Shown here piece after piece: positions 23,126-36,139 of a stretch of 64,000 bases of DNA. The position numbers and the translations under genes were made by a program. Where the stretch lies: NCBI GenBank assembly GCA_028534125.1, contig CM052816.1:77502001-77566000 (forward strand), written 5' to 3'. Under the pieces are notes generated by a model that searched no databases, was not told the origin of the DNA, and was given only the letters and a program-made list of their open reading frames with translations. This DNA comes from Lama glama. Its lineage: Eukaryota. Position 1 is the stretch's first letter. Each line of letters opens with the position of its first letter.

Positions 23126-26100
23126 AAATTGATCACACAATGTCCATTCTCTTCTATTCATGGAGGCCTCAGAATCCTCCTTAACCGGTGCCTGGAGCAG
23201 CACTACCAGCTGTGCAGAGCTGTGCCTGCAACAGAAATTATTTGCCATTTGTCAAGACTCCCCCCAAGGTTTCTCTGCACTTTCTGGATCCTGAGGGATA
23301 TAGTTTCCCTCCCACAGCTCCCATAGCCTGCACCCTCCTCCAAAGAATGCATGTTAACTAAATGCTTTTGTTTGTTTGTTTTGCTTTTTTCTGCAAAGCA
23401 GTTGAAGGCCATAGGATTCCTGACTCTAAAACTTATGAGTAGGAGGTGGGTATGAAGGGCCATCTGGTTGGAAGGAAGCATCAGAGGCCTTGTCTTAAGG
23501 CCCATTAGCATGGCGAGCACAGTATTTTTCTCTCTGTGTGTTTGTATGAAGCGTCCTTGAAGCAAGGGCAGGTCTCCAGCTGGGGGCCGTCTGAAGCTGT
23601 ATTTGCAGAGTAAGCACATTATTCATACAGAGATTGTACCATTATCGGAGTATCCATGGAGGGGCCAGGCTGAAGACAGGAGTGAGCCACCCAGTACCGC
23701 CACCTCTGGGCTGGAGACAGGCTCCAGGTGGGTGGTGGCAGCCATGGAAAGGCCAGAGAAACCAGCCAGCGGGCAAGTCTTGAGGCCTGGCCTGGGTATC
23801 AGCTGTGGAGATAAGGAGAGGTTGGAGTGTGGTCCAAACTGGAATGAGCCAATCAAAATATTTCTCTAAATCTCTTCCAGCTAGGGGAGTGAAGGACTGG
23901 GAGTGAAACCAGAGAGACTTTCCTTCCGTCTCTACAACCTCTGAGGCATCAGGAGAAAGTAGTCTTTGGATGGGGCAGGTCCAGCCCCAGCTACTCTCTC
24001 CAAAAACTCTTAATGAAGCAAAAAAGGTTTGATAATGATTATAACACTGAGATCTCCTGGGATTTTATCTATAATGATATAAAAACATACTAGTGCTTCC
24101 TCAATATTAAAAAAAAAAATCAAAGTGGTAGGTCACTTATATGTGGACTACACAATATTTAAGCAGTTAAATACAAAAATAACACTCATATTTAATCAAC
24201 AATGGTTAACATATTGTATTATATATCACTCAACAGAAAACTGTTTTGGAAAACTGTAGCCTTTAAAACTTGTATAATGCATTTCTACACTATACCCTGA
24301 AGCTGTGTTCTCGTAAGCTAAAAACTATACTTCTTAAGAGATAAATAAACAAAAAGTGTGTTTCTTTGCCATGAGGGAGCTGTATTTTTGGGGCTTTCCT
24401 TTTTGGAGGCTTTCAAAACCGTGTTAGATTTTGTGCCTTGGAAACTTCTGAATGATCAGGTCCATTTCTTATGCTAATTTTATTTCATAAACTACTTCAA
24501 CTTCCTGAGTAAAATTCATCTCTGATTCAATTAGTTTTCTAATCCAATTCACGAAAACACTCCAAAACGCAAACAAAAATATCATCTGTGACAGAAATAC
24601 ATTGCTAGCTTTTTAGTTATTTGATTTTCACGGAAGGAGCCAAGTTATATTCACTGATGCAATGGGAAGTGCCCAGACCAACCAAAAATAATCAGGAAAT
24701 TCTGAATAAGAAGAAAACCTTATTTCCATCTTTTTGAACTTGCTCCAACTATTATTACTAAAGTAGTGCTATGAATATGTAACCAGAATCTGCCACTAGA
24801 GCCACTTTCAAGGTGATGCCTTCAAGGCAGCGGTAAAAATGTGGGTTTAAGACGCAGGGTGATCTTTGTTCTAGTTCCCTGGGAATTCGGCACTTTGGAG
24901 CAGCATGAAGTGTTTTCTAGAGCCCTCCGGCTTCTCTTTGTTGGGGGGCTTACAGTCCACATCACAATCATGCTTCTCTCTGAAATCCACCATCCCAGCG
25001 TGTCATTCCAGAATGTAACCCACCATTGCAGAAGGCCTCGGTTTACTCATCTGCTAACCAATAGGCTGGATGAGATGATTTTTAACGTCCCTCCTACTCT
25101 CCTAAATACTACATGGGGGAGCATCCACAGAACATTCTGGGTGAGAGGGAAGAGAATCACTCAGAGGTCCCCAGCACGATTAGACCCAGACAAAGGTGGG
25201 CTGTGTTTTAGAAGGACCAGTTTAGATCCTCCTTTGGCCACACCATGCCCCATGGCTGGACTGTGGTGTCCCAGGCCAAGAGGACATGTCTATAAGAGAC
25301 TGAGGCCTCTCTACTCATGGACCACTCCCTGAGCACATAAGACCCTGGATTCCCTATCTAGCTAGTCCTGGGCCTGTTTCCAGGTCCTCAGTGGCCTCTT
25401 CCCTGGGTCTGTCCTTCTGAGAGTGGCCCGTGCTGCTGGTGTGTGCACCGTCAGTGAGATAGTGGCCCATGGGGCATTGTTTGCCAGGATGGGCGGTGGA
25501 CAGAATTGAGCTGTTGGTCGAACTCTCCACATGTATGCACAGGAGCGCCCTTCAGGGAGGGACAAAGCACGAGGAGCAGCAGACCAGCGCTCAGGGGCCA
25601 GTTCTGTCCACACTGTCTCTTTCAAAGTGCAAATTCAAGGAGTCAGAGAAATCTAAATTTAAATCTGGTCTTCCAGGTCATTATGAAAGTATATTTGTTA
25701 GGGCAGAAGGAGAGAAAATAATGTATCTAATTGTTTGGGGAATGAATTGTGAGTTTTTGCAGATGGTATGTAGGTGTCCATTTGAACTCTTTTACCTGAT
25801 GCACTAGCTTGAGTGGCAGGCTCACCTCCCAGCATCACACTGTTTCATAAACTGGGCTCAGCTGGGGTGGGAGGAGGCCCAGCTGGTGACTTCGGCAGAG
25901 GGAAATCTCGGCTGAGAGCCTATCAGAACAGTTTCTGTTAAGAATCAGTCAGTAAGTCGAATGGACCACAGGTGCCAGAAATGACGAGAGACGTCCGGAG
26001 ACAGCACCACAGAGTTGGCGACCTACTAGAGTAATAGTTAGATGACAGACTTCTGGGCCCAGCTCTATCCTAACTCCAGTTGTGTTAGAGAAAGCTAAGG

Positions 26101-26389
26101 CACAAGGCAGCTTTTGCGTGCCTGCTGTTCTCAGTCACACTTGTGACCTTTTGCTTTCATTGGCAGAAGCTCATTTCTGACCACATCATCCAAGAAAGCA
26201 AGAGGAAGGCTCTGAGTCTCCACTCCAACCTCCTGTTGCCACACACACATGCACAGCGTCCCTAACCCAAGCAGAAGTCACTTAACAATGATTCATTATT
26301 AACAATGATTAAATGCTTAGATCATTTAACCCAGGGAAGACAAAGAAACTTGACAAAGGCATCTGGACAAGAATATAGAAAAGAAGTTT

Positions 26390-26680
26390 TAAGCTAGAAG
26401 GGAGTTCCAAATTCATCAAATCCAGCCATTCTCAAATGTTCAGCAGCATCAAAATCACCTGACAGGCTGGAATAACAGATTGCTGGCCTCACCTGGAGTT
26501 TCTGATTCAGTCGGTGAGGGATGGGGCCCAAGAACCTGCATTTCTAACATGCTCCCAGGAGGTGCTGATACTGCTGGTTCCACAGTGTGAGAACCACTGG
26601 TTTGTGCTAACCTCTGATTTTAATGATGGGGAAACTAAAACTCAGAAAGGCTAAGTGTCATGTGAGATCTCAACAGCTAG
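26390..26680 (-). mobile_element. MIR/MIR3 interrupted by MER5A
   Basis: agctagaagggagttccaaattcatcaaatcc | MER5A | aacctctgattttaatgatggggaaactaaaactcagaaaggctaagtg. Confidence 0.7.
26423..26600. mobile_element. MER5A (hAT-Charlie)
   Basis: ttctcaaa...gcatcaaaatcacctg...gtttctgattcagtcggtgagggatggggcccaagaacctgcatttctaaca...gagaaccactgg. Confidence 0.88.
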
Positions 26681-27029
26681 CGAAGAACTCACATGAAGAC
26701 CTTGCACCTCCAAATTTCTTGAAGCTCTAGTGGCTTTCAGTTTGACGCCGGCCTCCTCTCGGGTTAGACCAGTCACCCTCAGCCCTTTTTGTTGCCGCAG
26801 CACAATCACATTCCCCCTAGAGGACATCTCAATGGCGTTAGCTTAGGGAGGATGCTCCTAAGGGTATTTCAAAATCTCTAAATGTCTGGGTCAAGGATAC
26901 TGTTGCATGGAGTCTGAAGAAGCCCCCAAGTGGTCCTAATGCACACCTGCCTCTAGCTGAGCCCCACTGGGAGCTGCGTTCTTCCAGGTGGTCTCACGCA
27001 TTTCCATAGTGTCCCCAAGCACCTACCCA

Positions 27030-27378
27030 ATGTATCTTTTCAAGTAAGCCCTGCGTATCTAACTGGGCATCTCAGCCTTGATGGCTCACAAATTTCCCAA
27101 ACTCCAAATGTTCTCGATTGAAAGTATCTTCAGTCTTCAAATCTCCTGTCCCATATTCCCCATCCTCCAAAAGTCTGGAAGCATCCTTAACTCTTCCCTC
27201 TCTCTCATGTTCCAAATGCATCCCCCCAGGCTGCCCCCAATGGCCCCTAGAATGTAATGGCCTCCATGAGGGCCAAGCGTTCTGTGGTCACCCTTTATCC
27301 TTGGCACCTAAAACAGTTTCTAGAATGCAACAAGCATTCCATAAATATTTGCTGTCTGACTGACTAAACGACTGACTG
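27030..27378 (+). mobile_element. L2 fragments with 3' tail
   Basis: ctagaatgtaatggcctccatgagggc...gcacctaaaacagtttctagaatgcaacaagcattccataaatatttgctgtctgactgact. Confidence 0.65.
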
Positions 27379-27999
27379 GGTAAGTCCACATCCTCCTTCT
27401 AGCACTACTGCCAGGACCTTAGTTCAGCCTCCCAGCAAACTGTGCCAATATCCCCAAATTAGCCACAGACCTGAATTTGCACTCCCGGGTACCCAGGGTA
27501 CCACAAAGATCACTAGAAAAAAGAAGTCATGCAGGGCAAGATTGGGTCACTTCTCCCCAGCACGAGAACCCTGCCTTGGTTGAGACCAGAGGCCATTTGC
27601 TCCAGGTTTGAGAACGGCTGAGACCTGCATGTCATGCTCAGTCTGAGGTCCAGAGAGAATGCCTCATTCCAGAGACCCCTAAGCAGTGGGGGTCTGCTGC
27701 AGGAAACAGGGTCACCTTTTCAAAAAGGGCATGGAAGGGACACTGGGGGAGGGCTGAGGTGGTATTTGTTTTTATTATTAATTTGCCCCAGAGGCCTGAA
27801 GCCACAGCCCTGTAGGGGGTCCTTGTAAAGGCTAGGGACAATGATGTCTACAATCAGCCTCTTACGAAGTTCTCTCGGATGACCTCAGAGAAAGCGACCG
27901 GTGCTCACAGAAGGGAGTCCTCCCTGTAACTCCTCTGCTTCACTGCTAGATGAACGGGATTTCTGGGTTGCTGTGACTACAATAAAGGTCCTTGTGAGA

Positions 28000-28712
28000 A
28001 AAGAAAGAATCACCATTAGAACACCACAGTGAGCATTGCTGCAGGCAAAATGCAAACTTTAGTGGCAGAAGCTTGGATAAAGAGAACACATAGTCTCAAA
28101 GTATCCCATCAAAAGTATCTATCAATTGCCACGGTGGTTTTAACGTGTGTCGACCAATTTGCTTTACGGTGGAGGAACCTGGCAGACACCACTTTAACCA
28201 AGTGATCGAGGTTAACATCACCAGTGAGCAGCCATGCTGACATCCTCTGAGCCTCAATTTGATGAGATATAGAGGATAATTCACTTCTCTGATATCCCTG
28301 ACGAAGGTGCACAGCCCCGGTCTAATCATTAGAAAACATTAGACAAACCCAAATCGAATGACACACTGCAAAATAATTAATCAGTGCTCTTCAAAAGCGT
28401 CAAGGTCATGGAAGACAAGGAAAGACTGAGAATCTGCCACCAACTGAATGAAACTAAGGAGACATGATAACAAAATGCAATGTGGTACCCCAGGTAAGTT
28501 CCTGGAACAGAGAAAACGACATTAGTGGAAAACTGATAAAATTTGAGTAAGGGTTGCACGTTAGCTAATAGCACTGTCCCAACGTCAATATCTCAGCTTT
28601 GCTGCCACGGCCAGGTAAGATGCTCACACCAGGGGCAGCTGTGTGAAAGACATACGGAAACTCTACACTATTGCCACAACTCTTCTGTAAATCTAAACTT
28701 AATCCCCAAAAA
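28000..28712 (+). mobile_element. L1MC4/5-type 3' UTR
   Basis: gaacctggcagacaccactttaaccaagtgatcgaggttaacatcaccagt...gtcaaggtcatggaagacaaggaaagactgag...aaggagacatgataacaaaatgcaatgtgg...tcttctgtaaatctaaa. Confidence 0.85.
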
Positions 28713-29260
28713 GACTACTGAAGAAAGAATGTGGATCCTTCCTTTTTCACTATAATACCAGAAAGGAGAACCTTATTTTCTCCGGCAGGGGACCCTTCCC
28801 AGGCAAGGCTATCTTGCTCCTAGAGCACAGCTACCCCCAGCCCTGAGAATCAGCGACAGCAGCCCTCCCTCCCTGCCCACTCGCAGACCCTGCGCAGCCG
28901 CCGCAACTCTGGGGAGAGCAGCTCTTCCTCACCACCGGGTTCCTCTCCTGTTCCCTCCTGCCAGCACTGGCCCCGCACCATATGGCAGCACATCTGCCAG
29001 GGATGTCCAGGCTGCACCTGCCTGAGGAAGCTGCTTCCCTGTTCCCTTGTGCTGGGCCAGAACCTGGCTTCTGCAATGTTCAGGGTGGTGGCAAGAAGCA
29101 TTTTGCCAAAACTTCACTGGAGCCTTCTTCCTGGTAAAGCCTCTGGAATAGCAGAAATGAAGCTTAATGATCAATACACTGCATTAGCTTGTAGGTGATC
29201 ACAAGAGGTTTAAAATTTCTTGTCCTTCAGGAAACAGAGATTAATAGTCATTTTAAAATG

Positions 29261-29732
29261 TGTGATGAAAAATATTGCCTGCCATATCAGTAAACAAAGG
29301 ATGCTAAGGCCATCGAGTCATCAACCACTACTGCCCCTCCCCCACCCTGCCTTCCACCCTCACCCCCGCCCCTGGATGATGAGCCTGAGGCAACTCCCAA
29401 TAGAAAAAGAACAGGATACTGGCCCTAGATAGCTAGATGCATATTAAAGAAATGATTTCAATGAGCCCAGCCTTTGCACATGCCCATACATAAATTCCCT
29501 AACTTGAGCTATCTGGCTTTCGTTAATTAACAGTAATCTTTTAATGTTCTGACTACCTGGCCTTTTTTTTTTTTCTCAAAAACTCATATATATCCTGGTT
29601 CCTCCTTTACCTCTTCAGAGCAGTCTCTTAGAGCTATCTGAAAGGCTGCATCCCAGAGTTAAGTCCTCAGAAATGTTCACTGAATAAAACAGAATTCTCA
29701 ATTTTTAGGTTATGCTTTTTTTTCAGTTGACA
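29261..29732 (+). mobile_element. Solo ERV1-class LTR (472 bp) with 4-bp TSD
   Basis: Starts TGTGATG and ends cagttgaCA, with AATG directly on both sides (29257-29260 and 29733-29736). A TATA-like tatatat lies near 29587 and AATAAA near 29683, in LTR order. Confidence 0.88.
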
Positions 29733-30719
29733 AATGGAAATGAAACCAACCACCTCCCTTTTCCCAAAATGATGGAAAATGTAAAGACGACAGGTTCATA
29801 GCTTGGGTATATGAATTTGCTAAGGATGATAATGGCTTTATTTACTGACCGCCATCTCTAAGCCTGAACTCCTCAGCATTTTACAGAGTCCCTTCTACCA
29901 CCCCAAGCCCACAGGATGCGTTTAAACTACAAGGATAAAGATTCCGCCTCTGAGCAGACAGACTCCCAGGCCAGGCACAAGGCCTGGAGAGGGGATGGCA
30001 TTTCCGTCCCCAGGCAGTTACATCCTCAGCCACTGATGGATTAACTAGGTAATCCCAAACTGGATTCCAGATCTCTGCTACTCTTGGCTACAAAGAATTG
30101 GCCCAACATTATGTAAGTTACTCTTTTGAATTCTTTCAACAGCTCTGCAAGATAAAGGTCATTACATCCATTTTTCAAACGAGGACACTGAGGACTGTTA
30201 ATGGACATGTTCAAGATCATAGAAAGTGAAGTCACCAGGATTTGACCTCAGGCCTTTCTGATTCCAAAGTGGATGTTTTCAGTTACTTCCAGGATCCTGT
30301 GATGGAAGAACCACTGGAATGTTGATGGGAATGAAGTGAGATTTACTAACTACATGGGCAGTAATTGCTGGCAAAAATCATATCCTGCTTTCTTTGCCTT
30401 TGGACCAAAGCAGCGTCTTCCCTTGCCCTCCACTCTTTCTTAGTCGCATCTTAAAAGGTAACATAAGAAAATAGGGACATTTTATTTCCCCAGATTTGGG
30501 GTTGGGGGCAAACTGATCTGGCAAAGTTACTCCCCAAAAGAGAAATAATGGGAGCAGCAGAATTGGACCTCATGCCTCAGGGAGGTTCATGGGGAAAGGA
30601 GGGTCGTGCAAGAACACGGGCTTTGGCAGGCTGCAGGATGTAAAGAACTGAGCCTGCAAGATGGAGGGGATGCGGAATCATCAATAAACATTGCCAAACT
30701 TACACAAATGTGGAAGAGG

Positions 30720-30935
30720 AGAATAACAACAGCGGAACTGTGATGACCACTTACTACACGTCAGGTACAGTTTTAGAGGCTTTGGATGTATTAATTCATG
30801 AGTCCTCATAGCAACTCTGTGAGGTAGGCACTAGTACCGTCCTGTTTTAGGGGTGAGGAAATTGAGAAAGTGCGAGGTTAAGTAGCTATTCCAAAGTGAT
30901 GGAGATAGACCAGGAGCCGAGGACAACTCCAGAGC
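30720..30935 (-). mobile_element. MIR SINE
   Basis: cacttactacacgtcaggtacagttttag...cctcatagcaactctgtgaggtagg...ggtgaggaaattgag. Confidence 0.8.
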
Positions 30936-31039
30936 CTTGGGGAGTAACACATGGAGCTTGGTGCCAAATTTAACCGACCAACGAAGGAACGGGGGTGGGG
31001 GTGGGCAAAGACATCTGGGCTACGCTAGTAATAAAAACA

Positions 31040-31235
31040 AATAAAAATAAAAATAACTGCTTTAAGGGCCAGGTTTTGTGCTTAAGCACTTTACACATAT
31101 TTTTCCCATCTAATCTTCACATGGAACCCCCTTTTACAGATGAGGAAACTGAGGCTGAGAGAGATAAAATAACTTGCCCCAATCACACACCTCATAAGTG
31201 GCAGCTAGGAATCCAAGTCAGCTGGACTCCAGAAA
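31040..31235 (-). mobile_element. MIR SINE
   Basis: ttttacagatgaggaaactgaggctgagagagataaaataacttgccc (near-consensus MIR core). Confidence 0.88.
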
Positions 31236-31859
31236 CCTTTCAATCACTAGGCTTTACAGTAATCCCTCTTGTTGGAGACGATGTCCATGTCCTTCTCCCC
31301 ATCTAAGGCTTCCAGTTCCGGACCATCTTTGCAGGTCTGTTTGGTTAGGGGCAATAAGGTCTTATGATTAGTTTAAAAGGTGTAACAGGGAGCATCTCAC
31401 ACATAGACTTTGGAAACACAAACACACAGAATACATATTTGTGAAATGAATGAAGGGAGGTCCAGGATGGCCCTATAACCTGTGAAGGGACAGAAGTTGC
31501 CTAAACATTGATCATGCCTATCAGGACTTATGATCTGAATGAGAAGAGAAGATAAACATAACTGAAGCAATAAAATATGAAGAACAGTCCACTGTCCAGC
31601 ACAGCAAATCATGTCATAGGTAACAGAGAAGAGGGGCTGGAATCACTAAGGACAATAAAACCTAAGTTAGAAAATCAATACCCAGTAAATGAGATTTGAG
31701 ATATGCAAAGTCACCTTAAAGAGATGAGCCGATAAGACTTGAATAAAATACAAGGCTAACTAATGATCATGCTGTGTGCACCTCCGTGGTGCCCTGCCTG
31801 GTATCCGTTTTGATTAGTCAAGGCTCCTGTCATACCATTTGTTAATTATTTTGTCTCCT

Positions 31860-32175
31860 GCAATCAGTCAGGATAGGCTAGGTCATGCTGCTATAATAAA
31901 TGACCCCCAAAACACAGTGGTTTACAAGAAGGATTTATTTATCATTCATTCTGCAAAATCACCATGGGTTGGCTGTAGCTCTCCTCCACACTGTCCCCAC
32001 TGTGCAGCCCAGGCTAAAGGAGTAGCTTCTATCTGGAGCTGGTGAACCATGTGCTGACTCGTAAGCTTCTTCTTAGTAGTGATACATGTCACTACCACTC
32101 ACCTTCATTGACCACAGCCAATCACATGGCCCCACCTAAGTCCAACAGGTCACAGGTGAACAGTAGCTTTCTACC
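31860..32175. mobile_element. MaLR LTR (MLT1I/J-like)
   Basis: tcagtcaggataggctaggtcatgctgctataataaatgacccccaaaacacagtggttt...ccaggctaaaggagtagc...cattgaccacagccaatcacatggcc. Confidence 0.75.
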
Positions 32176-32504
32176 AAGATGTGGAGAAAGATGCTAACCC
32201 TTAGTGGGGGAGTAGGGGTTCATATGGAACCAGAGTCAGAAAGGCAAACGACAGTGCTACCTGTCAAGGCCCTGTCCAGGTGGGGTGAATGCCTGGAAGG
32301 CTTTCTAATAACATGTCTACATCCGTGAGTATCTCCTTTCAACAAACAGCCAATCCCTCTGCAACCTGTTCAAACCCCAAGAGAGCAAGAAGAACAAAAC
32401 TGTTAGGCATTTATAAGTATCTACTGCCCATATCCTCACAGTCACATAATTGTTCTGGCCTCTCTCTCTCTTAAAGTAGTGGACTTAAAATACCCTTCAA
32501 CCAT

Positions 32505-33720
32505 AATAAAACACCATGGTGTTGGCATAGAAATGGACAGGCAGATCAATGGAACAGAACAGATATCCCTAGAATGTATAGAAACTTAATTTATGATAAG
32601 AAAGGCATCTCGGATCAATGGGGAATGGAAGAATTATTCAGCAGATGACACTAGGACAGTTGGTTAGCAAATGAGAAGAGAAAATCAATTTCTAGCCTTA
32701 ATTCATACTACACACAAACATAACTTTAATTCCGGATGGATTAAAGAATTAAGAGAAATTTACATTTGCAAAGCCCTAAAACAAGATTATCCCTATTCAC
32801 CCCCATTTACCCCCAGCATATTTACTTTAAAGTTTTTGTTCCTAGAAGAAATCATACACAAAATAAACAGATTATGCAACAAATTTTTTTAAACATTTCT
32901 TCCTGTCAAAACAACAATCAAGGTTAAATACAGCCTAGAGACAAATATTTACAGACAGAAAAAAAGATTAATATTATTTAATACATAAAATACAACAGTC
33001 ACATTTTATGGTTCATAGAGAAAAATGGGCAAACGATATGAAAAAGGCAAGTTACTAAAAACAGACAAAGGTTAAAACACACACATACAGAAAAATATTC
33101 AAAACACATGAATAATTAAAGAAGTAAAACCTATCGCAGCCCTGAGAGCCACAGCTTACTTATACACTGAAACACGTTTTTTTCAACGATAAAACCTAGT
33201 TCTACAAAAACATGTTTTTGAACATTTTCACTGTAGTTTTACTTGGTATAACTCTTATCTTAAGTAAGTAGGCAATGTCTGAAGACTCTTAAATATACAC
33301 AAATGTAACCTTGTATTCATACTTCTCATAATCTATCCTAAAGAAATAAATCTCAGATATGGGAAATAAATGTTTTAGGCACAAGCATGTTCTTCTCAAT
33401 GTATTTATAATGTTGAAAAAGCTTAAACAACATGAATTCAGGCAAGGATGTCTAAGTGAATTATAGTAACAGGTATGTACCTGATGGCCTATCATAAAAA
33501 CAATGTTTATAGGAACATGAGGAAATGCTTCTGTTACAATGTCATGTAAATAAGGCAGTCCAGGAAATATATGCACATACAAAATTATGCAGAGCAAAAT
33601 CCTGATTAAAAAAAGCATCGAAAGTTCACTGTGACTGACCCAAAGTGATTAATTTTTCTTTCTACTTTCCCATCTATTTAAATTTCCTCTAAAAAGCATA
33701 TATTCCTTTTACGAGAGAAA
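32505..33720 (+). mobile_element. Old L1 (L1ME-like) ORF2/3' fragments
   Basis: atggtgttggcatagaaatggacaggcagatcaatggaacagaac corresponds to the ORF2 WYWHxNRxIDQWNR region; A-rich degenerate sequence continues downstream. Confidence 0.75.
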
Positions 33721-33739
33721 AATAAGCATCTTAATAATG

Positions 33740-33940
33740 AAATGGTAATAACCGAGCGTTGACTGTGTCAGGTGCCAGGCGGGGTACTTTACAAAATCAA
33801 GGCAGAAGCAGGCACAGTGTTATTATCATCCCCATTTCACAGATGAGGAAACTGTGGTACAACGTTGTACAGCTAATGAGTGAGAAAAGGATTTGAACTC
33901 CACTGTCCGATCCCAGAACCCAGAGCTGTTAACCACTCTG
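33740..33940 (-). mobile_element. MIR SINE
   Basis: tattatcatccccatttcacagatgaggaaactg...ggatttgaactcc. Confidence 0.85.
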
Positions 33941-34704
33941 TTAACCTAAAGGAAGCAACCTCAGAGCAAACCAGTGACTTAAATAAATGGAGAGAAGGAA
34001 CAATTAGACTGTTTGGGGATCTGGAGAAATAAGAGCTGGAAAAGCAGAGGTGAATGGTTCATCCAAATCTGTTTAAGTGCTTTAAAAGGTAAGAATCAAC
34101 TTTTGTCCTAGGGATAAAATGCCATCTAGTGCCAGTGCTTTGTGTGTTCCTTAAGCAATCAGCACCCCCAGGGGCTCAGAACCACATTAGCGACTTGGGA
34201 TTCCCCATCATGGCTTATTTAAGCTGTTTCTGTCACTGCCCCTGGTGTTACGGTGGTGGCGTTTTGTGTCTTTGTGTAGTGCTGGGTTATCATCATTCAT
34301 TAAGGTGATAGGCAAGTGGGACTTTACCTGCTCCAAAGAATCAAAGTTACTGTCCTGAAGTGGACTGTCTGTTCCCTTTCCATGTTGTACCAGAGCAGCG
34401 AGAGGAATGAAGGAAGGGCCACCACCATGGAGCAAGACAGAGATATTCCCAGACCATCAGCCAGGCAAGCTCAGTGGCAACCTTCACCTGCGCTTTATGG
34501 TACAAATACAGTGTGCTTGACTCAAGGCTCCAGTGACATTTCCCAAGAGGTTCCTCCACTGCTGCTGAACACACACATATGGGCTTGTCGGTGTCAGGGT
34601 ACACTGGGCTCAAATAAACACAGAGAAGTAACGAGAGGGCAGAGCAGTCTACACCTCAAGCTGCTGGAATAGGGCAAAATCTCCTTGCCTTTCTCTCCTT
34701 AGTT

Positions 34705-34765
34705 TCTCTTCTTCTTCTTCTCCTTCTTCTCCTCCTCCTTCTTCCTTCTTTCTTCTTCTTTTTTA
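34705..34765. repeat. (CTT)n/(CCT)n polypyrimidine microsatellite
   Basis: tcttcttcttcttctccttcttctcctcctccttcttccttctttcttcttc. Confidence 0.9.
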
Positions 34766-34814
34766 CTAGTGTTAGTGATTATCTGTTTAAGTATAACTAC
34801 CACACTGTGAGCTC

Positions 34815-35625
34815 CAATGAGGTATCACCTCACACTGGTCAGATTGCCCATTGGTAAAAAGTCCACAAACGATAAATGCTAAAGAGGGTGTGGAGAAAAG
34901 GGAACCCACCTACACTGTTGGTGGGAATATAATTTGGTACAGCCACTATGGAAAACAGTATGGAGATTCCTTAAAAAACTAAAAATAAGAATTACCACAT
35001 GATCCAGCAATACCATTCCTGGGTATACATCTGGAGAAAACTAATTTGAAAAGATACATGCACCCCAATGTTCATAGCAGCACTATTTACAATAGCCAAG
35101 ACATGGAAACAACTTAAATGTCCATCAACAGATGATTGGATGAAGAAGAGCTGGTACATATATACAATGGACTAGTACTCGTCCATAAAAAATAAGGAAG
35201 TAATGCCATTTGCAGCAACATGAATGGACCTAGAGATCATCATACTAAGTGAAATAAGTCAGACAAAGACAAACATCATATGGTATCACCTACATGTAGA
35301 ATCTAAAAAAAGACAATAACAAACTTATTTATAAAGCAGAAACAGATTCACAGACACAGAAAACAAACTTACAATTACAAAAGGGTAAGGAGGGGAAGGA
35401 TAAATTAGGAGTTTGGGATTAGCAGATACAAACTACTGTATACAAAACAGATAAACAACAAGGTCCTACTGTATAGCACATGAAACTATATTCAATATCT
35501 TGTAGTAACCTATAAAGAAAACGAATCTAAAAATGAATATATATATATCTGAATCACTATGCTGTACACCAGAAACTAACACAACACTGTAAATCAACTA
35601 TACTTCAGTTTTTTTTTTAAAAAAG
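34815..35625 (+). mobile_element. Cetartiodactyl-type L1, 5'-truncated (ORF2 end plus 3' UTR)
   Basis: caatgaggtatcacctcacactggtcag...agccactatggaaaacagtatggagattcc...atacatgcaccccaatgttcatagcagcactatttacaatagccaagacatggaaacaac...tgctgtacaccagaaactaacacaacactgtaaatcaactatacttca. Confidence 0.93.
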
Positions 35626-36139
35626 GACTACTTGAAAAGAACGTAGAGGAAGAAGTCTGTTTATTCCTAAGGGGTCATCTTTCTAACATTTTTTTTCTGG
35701 GAAACTACTCTTTCCCACACGAAACTACCGAGATGGAATAAGCAGGCCTTCCCCAGAAGGAGAGAACAAACTGAGACCAAGGGTATAAGCAGATCAGAGA
35801 AATGTCAAGAGAGCAGTCAATGTCAGGGGAGGCCATTTCCAGCCCTCAGTCCAGACTGGGCTGCAAGGCTGGAGCTCAGCGTAACTCTGGTCAAAAACAC
35901 TAGAAAATTCTGACTAGTAAACTCATAGACTCTTAGGCATATGGTCCCTTGAATGTCTAAGCAGCCTGAAATATTTCTTTAGTTGGATAACTACCCAAAG
36001 AAAGAAACCTTTGCCAAGAGAATTATATGCAAACAGCAACAAAAAGAACTATAATCAGCAATTTTTTCATAGCTGCCTCAGAAAATGGAGCCCAACACAG
36101 ATCTGCGGGCTACACCAGGTGCCAAACAAAAATAGTAAT

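Noticed and set aside
24841..25332. Longest ORF (163 aa) as a novel antisense gene
   Set aside because: It starts at GTG, crosses a MIR3-like fragment at about 25020-25110, and shows no domain or codon signal.
34765..34815. 5' inversion (twin priming) of the L1 at 34815
   Set aside because: There is only a very short match to antisense L1 (ttagtgat) and no clear TSD, so it is not supportable.
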